Positions 26,592 through 38,100 of a stretch of DNA of 58,262 nt are shown here, piece after piece. The notes under the pieces are model-generated. The model saw only the letters and a list, made by a program, of their open reading frames with translations, made no database searches and was not told the origin of the DNA. Position 1 is the stretch's first letter; each line of letters begins with the position of its first letter. This stretch comes from Chlamydiia bacterium. GTDB lineage: Bacteria; Chlamydiota; Chlamydiia; Chlamydiales; JBMOFD01. The translations under genes were made by a program, and so were the position numbers. The stretch covers positions 1 to 58,262 of the forward strand of contig JBMOFD010000001.1 in the NCBI GenBank assembly GCA_049314435.1. The letters run 5' to 3'.

Positions 26592-29500
26592 ATGACTTCG
26601 AATCCTCTGGATCCCCTTAAGGGGGTTGGGCCACCCGATGCCGCAGGGTCATCTCCTCATGAGGAGCGGCCACCACCACTCGTTCGGGAGGCCCTGCGAC
26701 AGATCTCTGAGGATTTTGCCGCCGCGACGCAGCAATCCACCCCAATGCGAGGGAAGGCCACAGACCAACCTCAGGAAGGAGCCCCTCTTTCGACGACTCA
26801 GGCGGCCACCCAGGAACTAGGGCGGCGCCTATTGCCCCCCCCTTCAGCTACCCATCTGGAAGCCAATTCTTCTATCGCTACAGGGAAGATCAATCTGAGC
26901 TTAACGGACGAGGAATTTTCAGCTCTGCACATCCTCGAAGAAGTGTCTCAACAGCTCCCACCTCCAAGCAACCTGGATGCCTCCGCCTCACTGCTATGGC
27001 TGGGTGACCGCGCTGGCGGTGCCGCGCTCAGTGCTCTTGCTGATAACCCCTCAGGTAGACACTCCTTTCCATCGCTCTCTCGCCTCTTTGATGGAGCTCT
27101 TGGTGTGGCCGATGAACTGCAACTCTGGGAATCACCAGAAACGAGCCAGACACGCATCAGGCTCAAAGCAGCTCAAGACTCTCTGTCCCCAACGGGAGCC
27201 TCCGCGCTATTCATGGCCAGGCGGAAATTTAGATTTAAGGGATTCCAGGAATGGCTGCGCCAGATCAGCACAGCGACTCAACCTAATGCTCCGCCCAAGC
27301 AGAAGAACCTCAGATGTCTGATCGATCGAGAGGCTCTGTATGTAAGGCGTGACCTTGAGCAAAGGGCTCATCTCAACCCAAGCGCTACCTTCACTCGAGA
27401 CGTCTATGCCGCGCTTCCTCAGGAGCTGACATTGGCTTTACAGATACCAGCCGAGCATCGAGGCGTTCCTCTAGCTTATGCCTTTGACCATCCTGGTGTA
27501 GCCGGTCACGCCGTCGTGGTGGAATGGAGCTCCGATGCCAAGAGCCTCACGATATGGAACTCGGGAGCCGGTGCGGAGCCAGCGAACGATGGCAAAGTCC
27601 ATCCCGCGGTTGTCTGGCGATTCCCCGACGAACAGGCTGCTCATTTGGCTGCGCTCTTCCTAGAGCTCTATGAGGTGGATGCCCGTATCAATCTCTCCGC
27701 CCTCCTGGAGGCGATAGGAGCATCAAAGGAGCTCCTCCCCGCAGAACCCTGCAAGCCACAGCGAGGCCCCACCTGCGTGGCTAAGTCCTGGGCTTATTAC
27801 CTCAAAGCCTTTCCTGCAGCCAAAGAGCAACAAACCGAAGTCGATCTCATCAATGCCCTCGTCGATGCGATGGCCGTAGCAACCTTACGTTCTGTGGAGG
27901 GCGCAGAGGCACTCTCCCGCAAGGACCTTGCCACCCTCACGCACTTTGCACGGTATCAAGCAGGCTATCGCTATGGCAAATACCATGGACAGTATCCCCT
28001 TCCCCCTGGACCAACGCCAGCGACCTTCCGCCGTCTTGCTCTGGAGATAGCTGAGCGAGGACTCGCTCCAGAGCCCGTGGAAGCACGCTCCTCTGTCCCC
28101 CTCCTCCCCAAGATGAATGCCCCTGTAGTCATCAGCGTGTACGAACAGAGGGCAGTCAGCCACTTAGGCGGAGCAAACCCTCCCGCTACCTTCGTCATGC
28201 GTCTACCCACAGGGGAACGCTATTCAAGAGACTCCCATGAGGGCGCGCAATCCGTTGCAGACGGCCTCAAGGACTCGCTGCGCTTCCAACTCTCCACTGA
28301 AGAAACACGCAATCTGTGGGAGTTTCTTCTGCAAGATCCCGACGCCACTCGTGAATATCTCTTTAGACACTCCCCTGATACAGGGATCGGCCAACCAGTC
28401 AAATCAGCCACCTTGGAATGGCCCTATTTGGTCCAGCCCAGCGATCCTCTGGGAGTCGCCTTGGGCGCTTTGTCACGATGGGCACCCATATTTGCCGCTC
28501 TCAACAAGCTCTCCCAGGAGGATCAATCCACACTCACCCCAGGCCTTGTGGAAGGTATGCGGACGCTCCTTCCTCTCAAAACCATCGCCTCTCCCAATCA
28601 AGAGGGTCAGGAAGCGATCCTCAAAATCATTCAATTGCTAGTCCCAGGGTATGAAGACACGCCTGTACCAGCAGCGGCTTTAGCCCCTCCAAGCCCGGAA
28701 GTGCACAAGCCATCTCCCCAGACGCTGGGATCGGTCGCTCGATTATTCATCCGGATCCGCCAGGCAATTGCGTCACTGGGGACTAGCTCTCGGAGTGATC
28801 CACCTCCCTCTGGCGCTCCAAAGATCGACGAACGGGTTGAAACATCACTGAATGGCATCCATGACCTTGCTGTTGCCTTCATAGGAGAAAACAGCGCAGC
28901 CATCCAAGCGGCATGCAGGAGGCATCCTAGCGAGGCCCTAAGCGGCAATGTACTCAGCGTTGACTTTTCTGCCGACAACCTACGCACGCTTGATCTCTAC
29001 AGTCTCGACCAAATTTTGAGGTTTGCCTGCGAGCATCTCTATGCCGCACAGGTTGAGTTTACCGGCAGAGCGAGCCCCCAGGCCGCCCCATGCTGGGCTC
29101 TCTGCTGCCTTACGGCCGTGGGCATCGCTACGGAACAAGCCCTACGTCATGACCCGTTCCCCGTTAACATGCACATGGCGAGAGAGGCTCCTGACACTTA
29201 TGAGTTGATTCCAAAGCGCTCACACTGGATCTCCTACGATCAAGAGGCTCCTAGTCCAGGCGTACCCGATAGTCTGCAGACTCGTTCAAGGCTAGCTGAA
29301 ACCCTAGCCGGTCTGAGCGCATTCAAATTCTTTGGACGGACTCAGCCTATAGCAGGGCACGCTAGCGGGTCTTCTGAGCTGCGTCTTGACGGCGAAGCAG
29401 ATCGACATTGGACCGGCATAGGCATCCAAGAGACGTTCGGATTGGAATCCCTTGTACAGTGGCTCTCCGACCCAATCAACATCACGCCTGCTAATCTATG

Positions 29501-32500
29501 TACGCTAGCAAGCTACTGTGATCCACTCAAGGGAATGCCTGAGGCTATTCCAAAATTGCATCCAGTCCTTCGCCTCGCTCCAGAACTCTGGAAGGCTTTT
29601 CTCAAACAGGTGGTCGGGAAATTTCAGGACGCGCCAACCGTGAACTTCCTTAGAAGTATTGCTATGGTCGCGTGGACATTCGACATTGCAGGGCTGCGTG
29701 ATTTGGAGCCACCGAGCTCATCTGCTGGAGAGATACGCGCAGTGTGGTCACAGGCGCTTGAAGACCTTTCAGCTTGCCTAGAGCAGCGAGGAGGCCTGCA
29801 GACCGATGCAGCCGACGCCCTTCTGTTGATGGCCACATGTATCCATGGCTCAGATCCGATGCAGTGGTCTGGGATGGACTCCGAGGCCACCGACCAGATC
29901 CCACCTCTTCTTGAGCGCATCTTCAAAATCTATAACGTGGATGTCGCTCAACCCGACGGAAACCGCCTCATACTCAGCATGATGCATCGCGAACGCCTCA
30001 ATCTGTGCCTAGCCCTCGAGCAGAAGCGTAGAACCGCGGGTGTTACAAATCCGGACACGATCGACCTAGGCGATGGAAGCTTCTTTCTCCTGCCCATTGC
30101 GACTCGCAAAAAGGACTACTTTGCCAACCCACGAGCCTACTCCATCAGCACTCACCACGAGCTCGTCGAATGGGCGCACAAGCGGGAAAAGCAAATGCTA
30201 GCCTCACCGGGCTCCCTCGAGATCATCCTGGACCCGTGGCTCTCCCTGTGCTACAAGACCGGCGGCTGTACCCTTGAACTGGCGACACCGGAGGGTAGTC
30301 TCCTTCCTCGACTGAGCATGGAGCTGTCCGACGAGAAGCTCAAGGAGCTCCTGTCCATGGGAAGCCAGGAGCCATCCACAGCGGGCTCGAGAATGAACAT
30401 GCTCACCAGTGGCGCCTACTTGGGGGCATGCCCACTGTACCCATACCAGGGAGAATCGAGCGATCTAGCTCAGGACATCCGTCAACTCCTCCGCATTCCT
30501 GCCCGTCGACCCGTCATCGCCTCTACGAGTGGAACAAGCAAGCAAGAGCCCTCCTCTTCCAGATCAGCCGGCTCCTCCCTCGGTCTCGGGCGAGTTAGCT
30601 TGGCTCCACCTAAGACTGGTCTTCGGGTTGATGCGTTCTCACTACACTACCTCCGCCCTTATGACGCCTCGCTTGACTTTAGCATCAGGATTTCTCCTGG
30701 GCCAAACGGGGCGGCGCCGATTGAAAGCAGAGCCTTCGTTGAGCCTGGAGGCTCCCCCAGAAAACTCACACAGGTATTCGACTTCCAAGGCCTTCGCATC
30801 GCCGAGCTGGAGCCTGGAGAGGGCTATTCTTTTGTGATCCCTGAGCTCACAGTACAGGGCACAGCATTGCGATTAGGGGGCCATTGGTCAGGCGGAGATC
30901 TTCATCTTGTGACACAGGATGGCTGGGAACTCGACTGGTCCATGCGCGATCGGCTGCCTCTTGTTCTTCGTAACCTTGTCCATGAGGACGACCAGATCGC
31001 CATTCCTATCCGGCGCGGCGACCGCGTGGGCATCCTGTACGGATCCAAAACGGGCGAGTGCGTTCTCCTAGAGGCACATCCGATCACACAGGAGGTTGTC
31101 CCTCTGCATGACCTCGCGCACGATGCCGCGGTGGCCTTTCTAGCCTCCATCCATCGCAACCCGGACCTCGCCCTACAAATGGCTCCGTACCTACGTGGGG
31201 ACCCCGATCTAAGAGAATCGCTGGGCAAAAAACTCAAGGAGGTCTGCGCGGAGCTTCGCCAAGGTCATGGGCTTCTCGTGACGCAGATCATTAAGGCCCT
31301 CGAGCCTCCGCCGCCAGTCAGCTGGAGCGAAGCCAACCGCACTGCGATGCCCCTCCCCCCACAGAGAGCTGTAATCCCGAGCGGCTTTGAATCCTGTCTG
31401 CAGGCGCTCCAACAACCGCAATCGGACGTTCTGGCCGATCGACTGCACTCTCTCTCCAACGAGGTGGGTCTGCTCCACGGCAAAGCGATACAAGAGATCG
31501 AATCCTGGTGGAACGAGCTGCCCTCCGCAGTGCAGGCTCGCCTTAAGTTCAAAACAACGGCCAATTTGGTTGGCTCTCTTCTGCACCTGTGGGTGCAAGC
31601 TGAGCAAGCACAGTCCCTCGTAGTGTACCAAAATCTGTTTGGGCAAGTGTCTCATGTAGGGAGTCAGCCTCTTCCAGAAGCACTGGCAGACCTACATCGG
31701 CGCCTCAGCAACTTGGCCAGTCTGAGCGTGCAGAAACAACTCCTGAACAGGATTTCGCGTTTCGATCTCGCTGCGAACCGGGAGCTCATCTTTAAGGAGC
31801 TACGCGCCGTAGAGAGCCGCCTGCTAGGTGGCGAACGCACTCCAGGAGCTCGCGCTCTACTCGTTCTGGAGTGGCTGCGAGATATACGGGCCTACCCCCA
31901 TCAAGTGGAGATGCTTCAAGCTCTCTGCGATCCGCAGGCGCCCTCTCGGCTGATTGAAATCCCGCCCGGCGGAGGAAAGACCTCTCTCCTCTTGATCGCC
32001 ACGGCCCTGGAAGCCGCATCTCGTGAACGAGCCAGGACTAGTGATCCCCATCCAACGTTAATCGTATTCCCAGATGCTCTTGAATCGGATATGAGACGTC
32101 AGGCTATGGTGCAGGGAATGGAACTGTTAGGAGAGCCGCTTCCTACGGCACCACCGAATAGTCTAGAGAAACCCGAGAACCTGATAGCAGCTGCCATGGA
32201 GTGTGCTCGTAGGGGGCTGCCTCTTCTACTGACCAGTAGTCAATTGCGCCTCACGCAGGGCTTTGCAGCGTATTTAGCCCTTGAACGCGACCAACACCAA
32301 GATGATGCGGGTGCGATGAAGACCTTCCTTGGGTCGATCGTCCTCGTCGATGAGGGAGACCAGAACCTCGACCCCTCCCGCAGCTTCAATATCGAGGTCG
32401 GGGCAGAAGAACCTCTTAGAGAGTCCACAGTGGCCGCTACCTGCCAGCTCATGGATGCTCACGGCGCCCTGCGCTCCTTTGATCTGTCGAAGAAGGAGGA

Positions 32501-35099
32501 ATGCCAAGCGGCGCTCCAGCTATGCCAAGAGGTCCTACCGAGCACGCTCTACTCGAACGAGGAGAAGCACATATTGACCCATGTGGCCCTAGGACTCTGG
32601 AGCAGAACGGAAACTGACACCTGGATCACCGCACTTGGGATGCCGCTGCCAACAGAAGCCAAGATTGACCAATGCCTCCGGAAGAGTGGATCGACACCCG
32701 AACACCATGCAGCAGCTGAGGAGCTTGCCGCTTTGGCCACCATGATCAGGAAATCGATCCCCTCTCTTCAACAGATGAAGTATGGGAGGGACTATGGACC
32801 CGCTTCAGAAACTTCTCTTTCTATCGTCCCCTATCGGGCAGCTAACTGGCCCTCAGATGAAAAGTACATCGACCCATGCCTCATCGCCACAGTCTCCTTT
32901 AACGGATGGCTACAACCCGCATTTTGGACGGCTCCTAGAGTGGAACTTCTCCATCATCAGCTGGTGGATCTCAAGAATAACCCATGGATCACAGCTCTCT
33001 TTCAGGAACTCCCTGCTCTCAGCAGTGGCCCGGGACCATTGCAGACCATCCTAGCCAATCCCTCCAACCAGAAGCTGCGCGCCAAGATGGCGGCACTCCT
33101 CTTACAGACTGAAGCAAGAACGGGCGCACGCCGCATCTCCATTCCTGCAGCGGCTCTGGCCTCCACCTGTTCTAAGTGCATTGCGGTAACCGGCACGGCA
33201 GCCCCCTCCTCTACGCTACCCTTCGGACTGCACCGCGGCGTAGAGCAGCCGGCCTCTCAGATTCAAGAGCGCATGGAGCAACTCTTAGAGCAGTGCCCTG
33301 TCCGAGTTCTACCCACAGGCAATGCATCTCTCACCGACCGCACCTTGCAGATGGCCCGTAACGAATCAGCTTTGAAGCCGCAGTTCTTTCTGGACCCGAC
33401 TGGCAGCCTCATCGATAGAGACGTAGACCGTGCAGTTGACACTCTGTGCGAGATCAACCGCTCAAACGACCCCATGCGTCTTGAGTGGGTCTTGGAGAAA
33501 AAGCACAACTACCCAGTTATGAACCACCGCGATGCACATGGTCAGCTCCACTCGATTCCCAACCTGGCGGCCCTAGCTGGTGAGCAGAAGGTCGCTGTCT
33601 TCGGGCAGGCTCAGTGTCGCGGCACCGATCTGCCCAGAACCAAGGGCGAGATCGCTTGGCTTCTGCTTGGCAACGCCACGGCTGACCTAGGGGCCCGCGA
33701 CTACATTCAGGCCGCCCTGCGCATGAGAGGACTAGAGGATAAGGAACAGGCTCTGGTCCTCATCATGGAGGAGTCTCTCAAACGGGAGCTCGAACACAGT
33801 GGCCCGGGGCTGACCCTCAACCAAGGTTTCCTCCGTCATGCTCAGCAAATCGACAAGGCACGAGACCCGCTCAAGCAGATTGCCATCCTAGATGCAGACC
33901 TGTGCACCTTCGATCTGCTCTTGGCCATGAACGCCCTCTTTTCGGGCGACCCCGCACTCAGGCAAGATCCCTGTGTCAGAGAGATCATCATCGATAGCCC
34001 CGTTCCCCAGCTTTCTAAGATGGTCGAGGCCGATCGAAAGGAATCCTTGAAGAGCCAGTTCAGTCGACAGGTCACTCGACGATTGGATCGCCTGCAGACG
34101 ATCCTAGACGGTAGATCGCTCTCCCCAGAACTCACGAAGCGCTTCGAAGAGATCAGACAAGGCTTGGAGCACTGGAAAAGCTGGCTGCAAACACTCCCCC
34201 TCGAGCAGGAACGTATCCAACCCGAGAAGGTCCAAACAGAACGAGTCCTTGCCACCGCCTCAGAAGTCGCACAGGAGACGGCAACAGAAGCCGAACTCCT
34301 CCTGGAGCGCGAAATCGAGCGCGAGCTAGAGCTCTCTAGATCGGCTCACGAACTGGAAGACCTGTCTCACTACCCCAGGCTTTCTCGGTCGATCCGATCC
34401 TGCGAAGAACTTGCCGGCTTGGTAGGAACACCGGCGCCCTTCGAGATCTCGAGGGTAGACCGTTGCGATGAGATCTTAGGATCTATCCTGCAACGAGCGA
34501 ATCCTGCAGGGGACGTCCCTCGTCTAACCCCTGCCCAGCAGCTCCAAGCCCTAAAGAAATCACTGGTTGAGGAATTGAAGCCATTCCACTTTTCACCAGC
34601 CTCTCAATTCCTGTTTTGCACAGACAAAGGTGAACTTCCGGACCTGATCTCCCTCAGTAGCACGAAACGTCCCAACCCTTACCTCTTCTGGCTACGCGAC
34701 TGTGCGGGTCTGGTGCATGTCGCTGTCCTCGGTCCCTATGAGGCATCGGCCCTTCTTGAAACGGACAACGACTCCTTAAAACGTCTGTCAGAGTCTGGCC
34801 AACTTATGGTCACCCAAATTACGGGGACCCCGATGTCGACGCCCTTTAATCCCCTCCTCACCCCGGAGGCCCTGAATCAGTGGCGGGCAGAAATTGCCCA
34901 CCATCAGCAAGACCTCATACGGATGCGAGCGCTGTATGGCGATCTTACCCTTCGCCAAGATCCTCTAGCCCTTGACTTTCTGTGCGAGCACCCCATGTGG
35001 CGACAAATGCTTCTCGCTAATTTTACAGACAAAGAAGCGATGGCCAGCATCCTCACGGCCCTTATGATGCGTTCACGCAAAATCCGGCTCCCCGACTAG
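26592..35099 (+). CDS. giant multidomain protein (2,835 aa) with an SF2/SecA-like P-loop ATPase core
   Basis: Uninterrupted 8.5-kb ORF with a disordered N-terminus and no signal peptide. Ordered helicase-like motifs: YPHQ...PPGGGKTS (31968..31985), VLVDEGDQ (32340..32363), VTGTA (about 33186..33200), CRGTD (33615..33629) and QAALRMRG (33708..33731). Confidence 0.85.
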   Translation: MTSNPLDPLKGVGPPDAAGSSPHEERPPPLVREALRQISEDFAAATQQSTPMRGKATDQPQEGAPLSTTQAATQELGRRLLPPPSATHLEANSSIATGKINLSLTDEEFSALHILEEVSQQLPPPSNLDASASLLWLGDRAGGAALSALADNPSGRHSFPSLSRLFDGALGVADELQLWESPETSQTRIRLKAAQDSLSPTGASALFMARRKFRFKGFQEWLRQISTATQPNAPPKQKNLRCLIDREALYVRRDLEQRAHLNPSATFTRDVYAALPQELTLALQIPAEHRGVPLAYAFDHPGVAGHAVVVEWSSDAKSLTIWNSGAGAEPANDGKVHPAVVWRFPDEQAAHLAALFLELYEVDARINLSALLEAIGASKELLPAEPCKPQRGPTCVAKSWAYYLKAFPAAKEQQTEVDLINALVDAMAVATLRSVEGAEALSRKDLATLTHFARYQAGYRYGKYHGQYPLPPGPTPATFRRLALEIAERGLAPEPVEARSSVPLLPKMNAPVVISVYEQRAVSHLGGANPPATFVMRLPTGERYSRDSHEGAQSVADGLKDSLRFQLSTEETRNLWEFLLQDPDATREYLFRHSPDTGIGQPVKSATLEWPYLVQPSDPLGVALGALSRWAPIFAALNKLSQEDQSTLTPGLVEGMRTLLPLKTIASPNQEGQEAILKIIQLLVPGYEDTPVPAAALAPPSPEVHKPSPQTLGSVARLFIRIRQAIASLGTSSRSDPPPSGAPKIDERVETSLNGIHDLAVAFIGENSAAIQAACRRHPSEALSGNVLSVDFSADNLRTLDLYSLDQILRFACEHLYAAQVEFTGRASPQAAPCWALCCLTAVGIATEQALRHDPFPVNMHMAREAPDTYELIPKRSHWISYDQEAPSPGVPDSLQTRSRLAETLAGLSAFKFFGRTQPIAGHASGSSELRLDGEADRHWTGIGIQETFGLESLVQWLSDPINITPANLCTLASYCDPLKGMPEAIPKLHPVLRLAPELWKAFLKQVVGKFQDAPTVNFLRSIAMVAWTFDIAGLRDLEPPSSSAGEIRAVWSQALEDLSACLEQRGGLQTDAADALLLMATCIHGSDPMQWSGMDSEATDQIPPLLERIFKIYNVDVAQPDGNRLILSMMHRERLNLCLALEQKRRTAGVTNPDTIDLGDGSFFLLPIATRKKDYFANPRAYSISTHHELVEWAHKREKQMLASPGSLEIILDPWLSLCYKTGGCTLELATPEGSLLPRLSMELSDEKLKELLSMGSQEPSTAGSRMNMLTSGAYLGACPLYPYQGESSDLAQDIRQLLRIPARRPVIASTSGTSKQEPSSSRSAGSSLGLGRVSLAPPKTGLRVDAFSLHYLRPYDASLDFSIRISPGPNGAAPIESRAFVEPGGSPRKLTQVFDFQGLRIAELEPGEGYSFVIPELTVQGTALRLGGHWSGGDLHLVTQDGWELDWSMRDRLPLVLRNLVHEDDQIAIPIRRGDRVGILYGSKTGECVLLEAHPITQEVVPLHDLAHDAAVAFLASIHRNPDLALQMAPYLRGDPDLRESLGKKLKEVCAELRQGHGLLVTQIIKALEPPPPVSWSEANRTAMPLPPQRAVIPSGFESCLQALQQPQSDVLADRLHSLSNEVGLLHGKAIQEIESWWNELPSAVQARLKFKTTANLVGSLLHLWVQAEQAQSLVVYQNLFGQVSHVGSQPLPEALADLHRRLSNLASLSVQKQLLNRISRFDLAANRELIFKELRAVESRLLGGERTPGARALLVLEWLRDIRAYPHQVEMLQALCDPQAPSRLIEIPPGGGKTSLLLIATALEAASRERARTSDPHPTLIVFPDALESDMRRQAMVQGMELLGEPLPTAPPNSLEKPENLIAAAMECARRGLPLLLTSSQLRLTQGFAAYLALERDQHQDDAGAMKTFLGSIVLVDEGDQNLDPSRSFNIEVGAEEPLRESTVAATCQLMDAHGALRSFDLSKKEECQAALQLCQEVLPSTLYSNEEKHILTHVALGLWSRTETDTWITALGMPLPTEAKIDQCLRKSGSTPEHHAAAEELAALATMIRKSIPSLQQMKYGRDYGPASETSLSIVPYRAANWPSDEKYIDPCLIATVSFNGWLQPAFWTAPRVELLHHQLVDLKNNPWITALFQELPALSSGPGPLQTILANPSNQKLRAKMAALLLQTEARTGARRISIPAAALASTCSKCIAVTGTAAPSSTLPFGLHRGVEQPASQIQERMEQLLEQCPVRVLPTGNASLTDRTLQMARNESALKPQFFLDPTGSLIDRDVDRAVDTLCEINRSNDPMRLEWVLEKKHNYPVMNHRDAHGQLHSIPNLAALAGEQKVAVFGQAQCRGTDLPRTKGEIAWLLLGNATADLGARDYIQAALRMRGLEDKEQALVLIMEESLKRELEHSGPGLTLNQGFLRHAQQIDKARDPLKQIAILDADLCTFDLLLAMNALFSGDPALRQDPCVREIIIDSPVPQLSKMVEADRKESLKSQFSRQVTRRLDRLQTILDGRSLSPELTKRFEEIRQGLEHWKSWLQTLPLEQERIQPEKVQTERVLATASEVAQETATEAELLLEREIERELELSRSAHELEDLSHYPRLSRSIRSCEELAGLVGTPAPFEISRVDRCDEILGSILQRANPAGDVPRLTPAQQLQALKKSLVEELKPFHFSPASQFLFCTDKGELPDLISLSSTKRPNPYLFWLRDCAGLVHVAVLGPYEASALLETDNDSLKRLSESGQLMVTQITGTPMSTPFNPLLTPEALNQWRAEIAHHQQDLIRMRALYGDLTLRQDPLALDFLCEHPMWRQMLLANFTDKEAMASILTALMMRSRKIRLPD

Positions 35100-35130
35100 C
35101 AGTCTCTGTCTGCGGATTTTTCGTTGCGTA

Positions 35131-35186
35131 GGCGGAGCTCCACTTCGGGCCTCAGCTGGAGGACTGCCGTCCTCCAGACCTCCTGA
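35131..35186. repeat. REP-like double-hairpin intergenic element, copy C
   Basis: GGCGGAGCTCCACTTCGGGCCTCAGCTGGAGGACTGCCGTCCTCCAGACCTCCTGA. Lies between the convergent 2,835-aa gene and smc. Confidence 0.7.
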
Positions 35187-35196
35187 ATGGGAGGTA

Positions 35197-38100
35197 TTAG
35201 ACTCCCACTGTATCCAACATCTCTAGCTGTGGCTCAGCTTCTGCAAAGTCCAAGGCCAACACGGTGCTGACCCCCTTCTCCTGCATCGAGACGCCCAGTA
35301 ATAGATCGGCTGCGGCCATCGTCCTCTTGTTGTGGGTGATGAGGAGGAACTGCGTCGAGTGCATGTAGCGCTCTAAGAGACGGAGGAATCGTTCGACGTT
35401 CGCATCATCCAGCGCAGCATCCATCTCATCCAAGAGGCAGAAGGGAGCAGGCTTGGTCTCGAACATCGCAAAGAGCAGCGCCATGGCCGTCAGGCTGCGC
35501 TCCCCTCCACTCAGCAACTGGAGGATCTTCGTGTGCTTCCCTGGCGGTTGCGCAAAGATCTCGATCCCCGCCTCTAGCAAGTCCCCACCATCAGTGAGCT
35601 TTAGATCGGCTGTGCCCCCTTCGAACAGAAGCGAGAAGTTACGCTGGAAGTGCCCGCGGATCTCCTCAAAGCTGTCTTTAAAGAGCTTCCGACTTGCCAC
35701 CTCAAGAGATTGGAGCTCATCTTGGAGCTGCTTCTCCGACTCCGTCACATCATGCAACTGCTGAGCGAGGAAACGGTGTCTTTCACCCACTCTCTCTAGC
35801 TCCTCGATAGCCCCTAGGTGGATGTCTTTAGCCTGCTCCAGCTGCTGGCGCAGCTCTCGCACCTCTTTTTCAGCGTGGCTGATCCCCTCTTGCAGCGCCA
35901 CCTCAGCACTGATCTCGGCAAGAGGCTCAAAGAAGCGCTGAGTGTAGTCATGTGCCAGCTGAGTAAGAGTCTCCTGCAGAGCTGCTGTTTGCTGTTCGAT
36001 CTGCTGACGCTGTGTCTGCGCGTGCCGCAGCTGTTGACCTCCGTGCACTAAGACTTGCTCCGCCTGATGAGCCTGCTCTCTCAGCTGCTCCAGCTGACGA
36101 GCGACCTCTTTGGCCTGCTGCTGAACCACCACGAGCTGATGCTGGAGCTTTTCCATCTCTTCCAGGGTTGCGGCTGCGTCTTTTTCCGCCCGTTGAGAAG
36201 CTTGCTCCTCGTCTTGAACACGCTGACCCAACATCACGATCTGCTGTCGAGATTCCTCCTGCTGTACTTGGAGGAGTTGCTGTCGGTTGAGCCTCTGCGC
36301 CTGCTCTAGTCGTCCCTGCTGAGACTCCTGCTCAATCCGGTGCCATTGTTCTTGTGCCGCCTGGTACTTGGACCTGCCCTGCTCAGCCGCCGCCTGTACG
36401 GACTCGCGTTTCACCCCAAGTGCCTGCACCAGCTCTTGCTGCTGAGCCGCCTGGCTACGGTGCTCTTCTACACTCTTCTGTCTCTGCTCTCGCTGGCTGA
36501 CCAACGAGCCAAGCTCCTGCTGGAAGGAGATCTCCTGCTGAGCCATCTGCTCCAACCGCAGCCGCAGCTGCTGCTCAGCCATCGTTCCTTCAACATACCG
36601 GATGTCCAGGCGACGCACCTCTCGATCGGCGAGCTGACGACGCTGCTCTGCGTCCGCCTCAGCATGCCGCGCCAGACGCAAACGTTCCTCTGCACCCCCG
36701 ACTTGCTCATTCACCGTCTTCAACTGCAGCGTCAGCGCTTGCAAACGCGCCTGATGCAACAGAGGGTCCCCAGAGGAGCCCGCGCCGCACCAAACAAGCC
36801 CAGCCGGAGTACGCACCCAGCCATCCAACGTAGCTACCCATCCTGAAGCCGCTAAGAGACGAGTACTCTCCACCAGGTCCAGTCCCTGTAGGAGCGGCGC
36901 CAGCAAAGGCTGTCCCCCTAACAAGGCATCGCAGCTGTCGGAAAGCTCTCCAGCACCAGGTGCATAGAGCACGAGATCGGTGAGCTGTTGCGTACGTGCG
37001 AAGGCAAACGCCGCCCGCAGGGCCTCCTCATCTCGACAAAGGAGAGCGGCATTGGCTCGGCCTAGGGCCGATGCCAATAGCCGCTCCGTCCCTGGATGGA
37101 CCTCTACATGGTCCAGCAATCTGGAGACCTTCCCATGAAGTGGGCTTCCTTTGCGTTGAGCCTCTTGCAAAAGGGCCTGCGCGCCCTGGCCTAACGACTG
37201 GCCCTCTTCCACCCACTGCTGCACCAGCTGATGCTGACTTTGCAGCGAGGTCTGCTCACTCGTAAGGCGCTGCCACTCCTGGACACAGGCCTCACTCGCT
37301 TGTCGCAGCTGCGTCCACTCCCGATCACACGCTTCGAGGGTTGCCTTCGCGGCAGCCACCTGAGCGCGCGTCTCCTGTAGCTGCTTCTCGCGTTCGCGAT
37401 GCTGCTGGCGGAGAGCTTCCCTCTCCTCTGACTGCTGCTCCATCCGCTGCTGGAGCTGTCCCGCTCGGTCCTGAAGACGCTGCGTCTCTGTGTGCTGGCG
37501 CTCCACCTCAACGGAGAGCTGTTGTAGCAGGTGGACCGCCTGACGCTCCTCTTGCCAGCACGCTTCGAGCTGCTGACGCAGCGCTTGTTCGTGCTCCTGA
37601 GCCTCGCGATAGGACTCCTGCACCATCTTCAGAAGTTGATGCTGTGCAGAGTCCCCCTCTTGGATGGAGACCTCCATCCCCTGTAGCTCGACCAGCTCGT
37701 GAGCCCACTGCTCGATGCGCACTTCAATGCGCTCCTGGTCTGTTTTGAGACGCAGCTGCCTCTGATGCCCTTCCTCACGCTGTCTCTGCAACATCCTGAG
37801 AGAGGCTCGCAGTCCTTCCAGTTTCTGCTCAGCCTGATGCTGGGCTAGACGTTCGGCATCCCACGAGGCCTGCGCCTGACGTACCCTCTCCTGAGACTGG
37901 ATCAGCTCCTGTTGCTGCTGTTGTTGCAGCTCAGCGCCACCTTGCAGCTGGTCCTGTAGCTGAGCACCCTGACGTTCCAGATTGAGCTTCTTGTGGAGGA
38001 CAGTCTGGTACCGATAGTGGAAGATCCCTCGTTCCAGGCGATCAGCACGATCCTTTTGCTCCCGGAACTTACGGGCTGCTGCTGCCTGACGCTCCAACAC

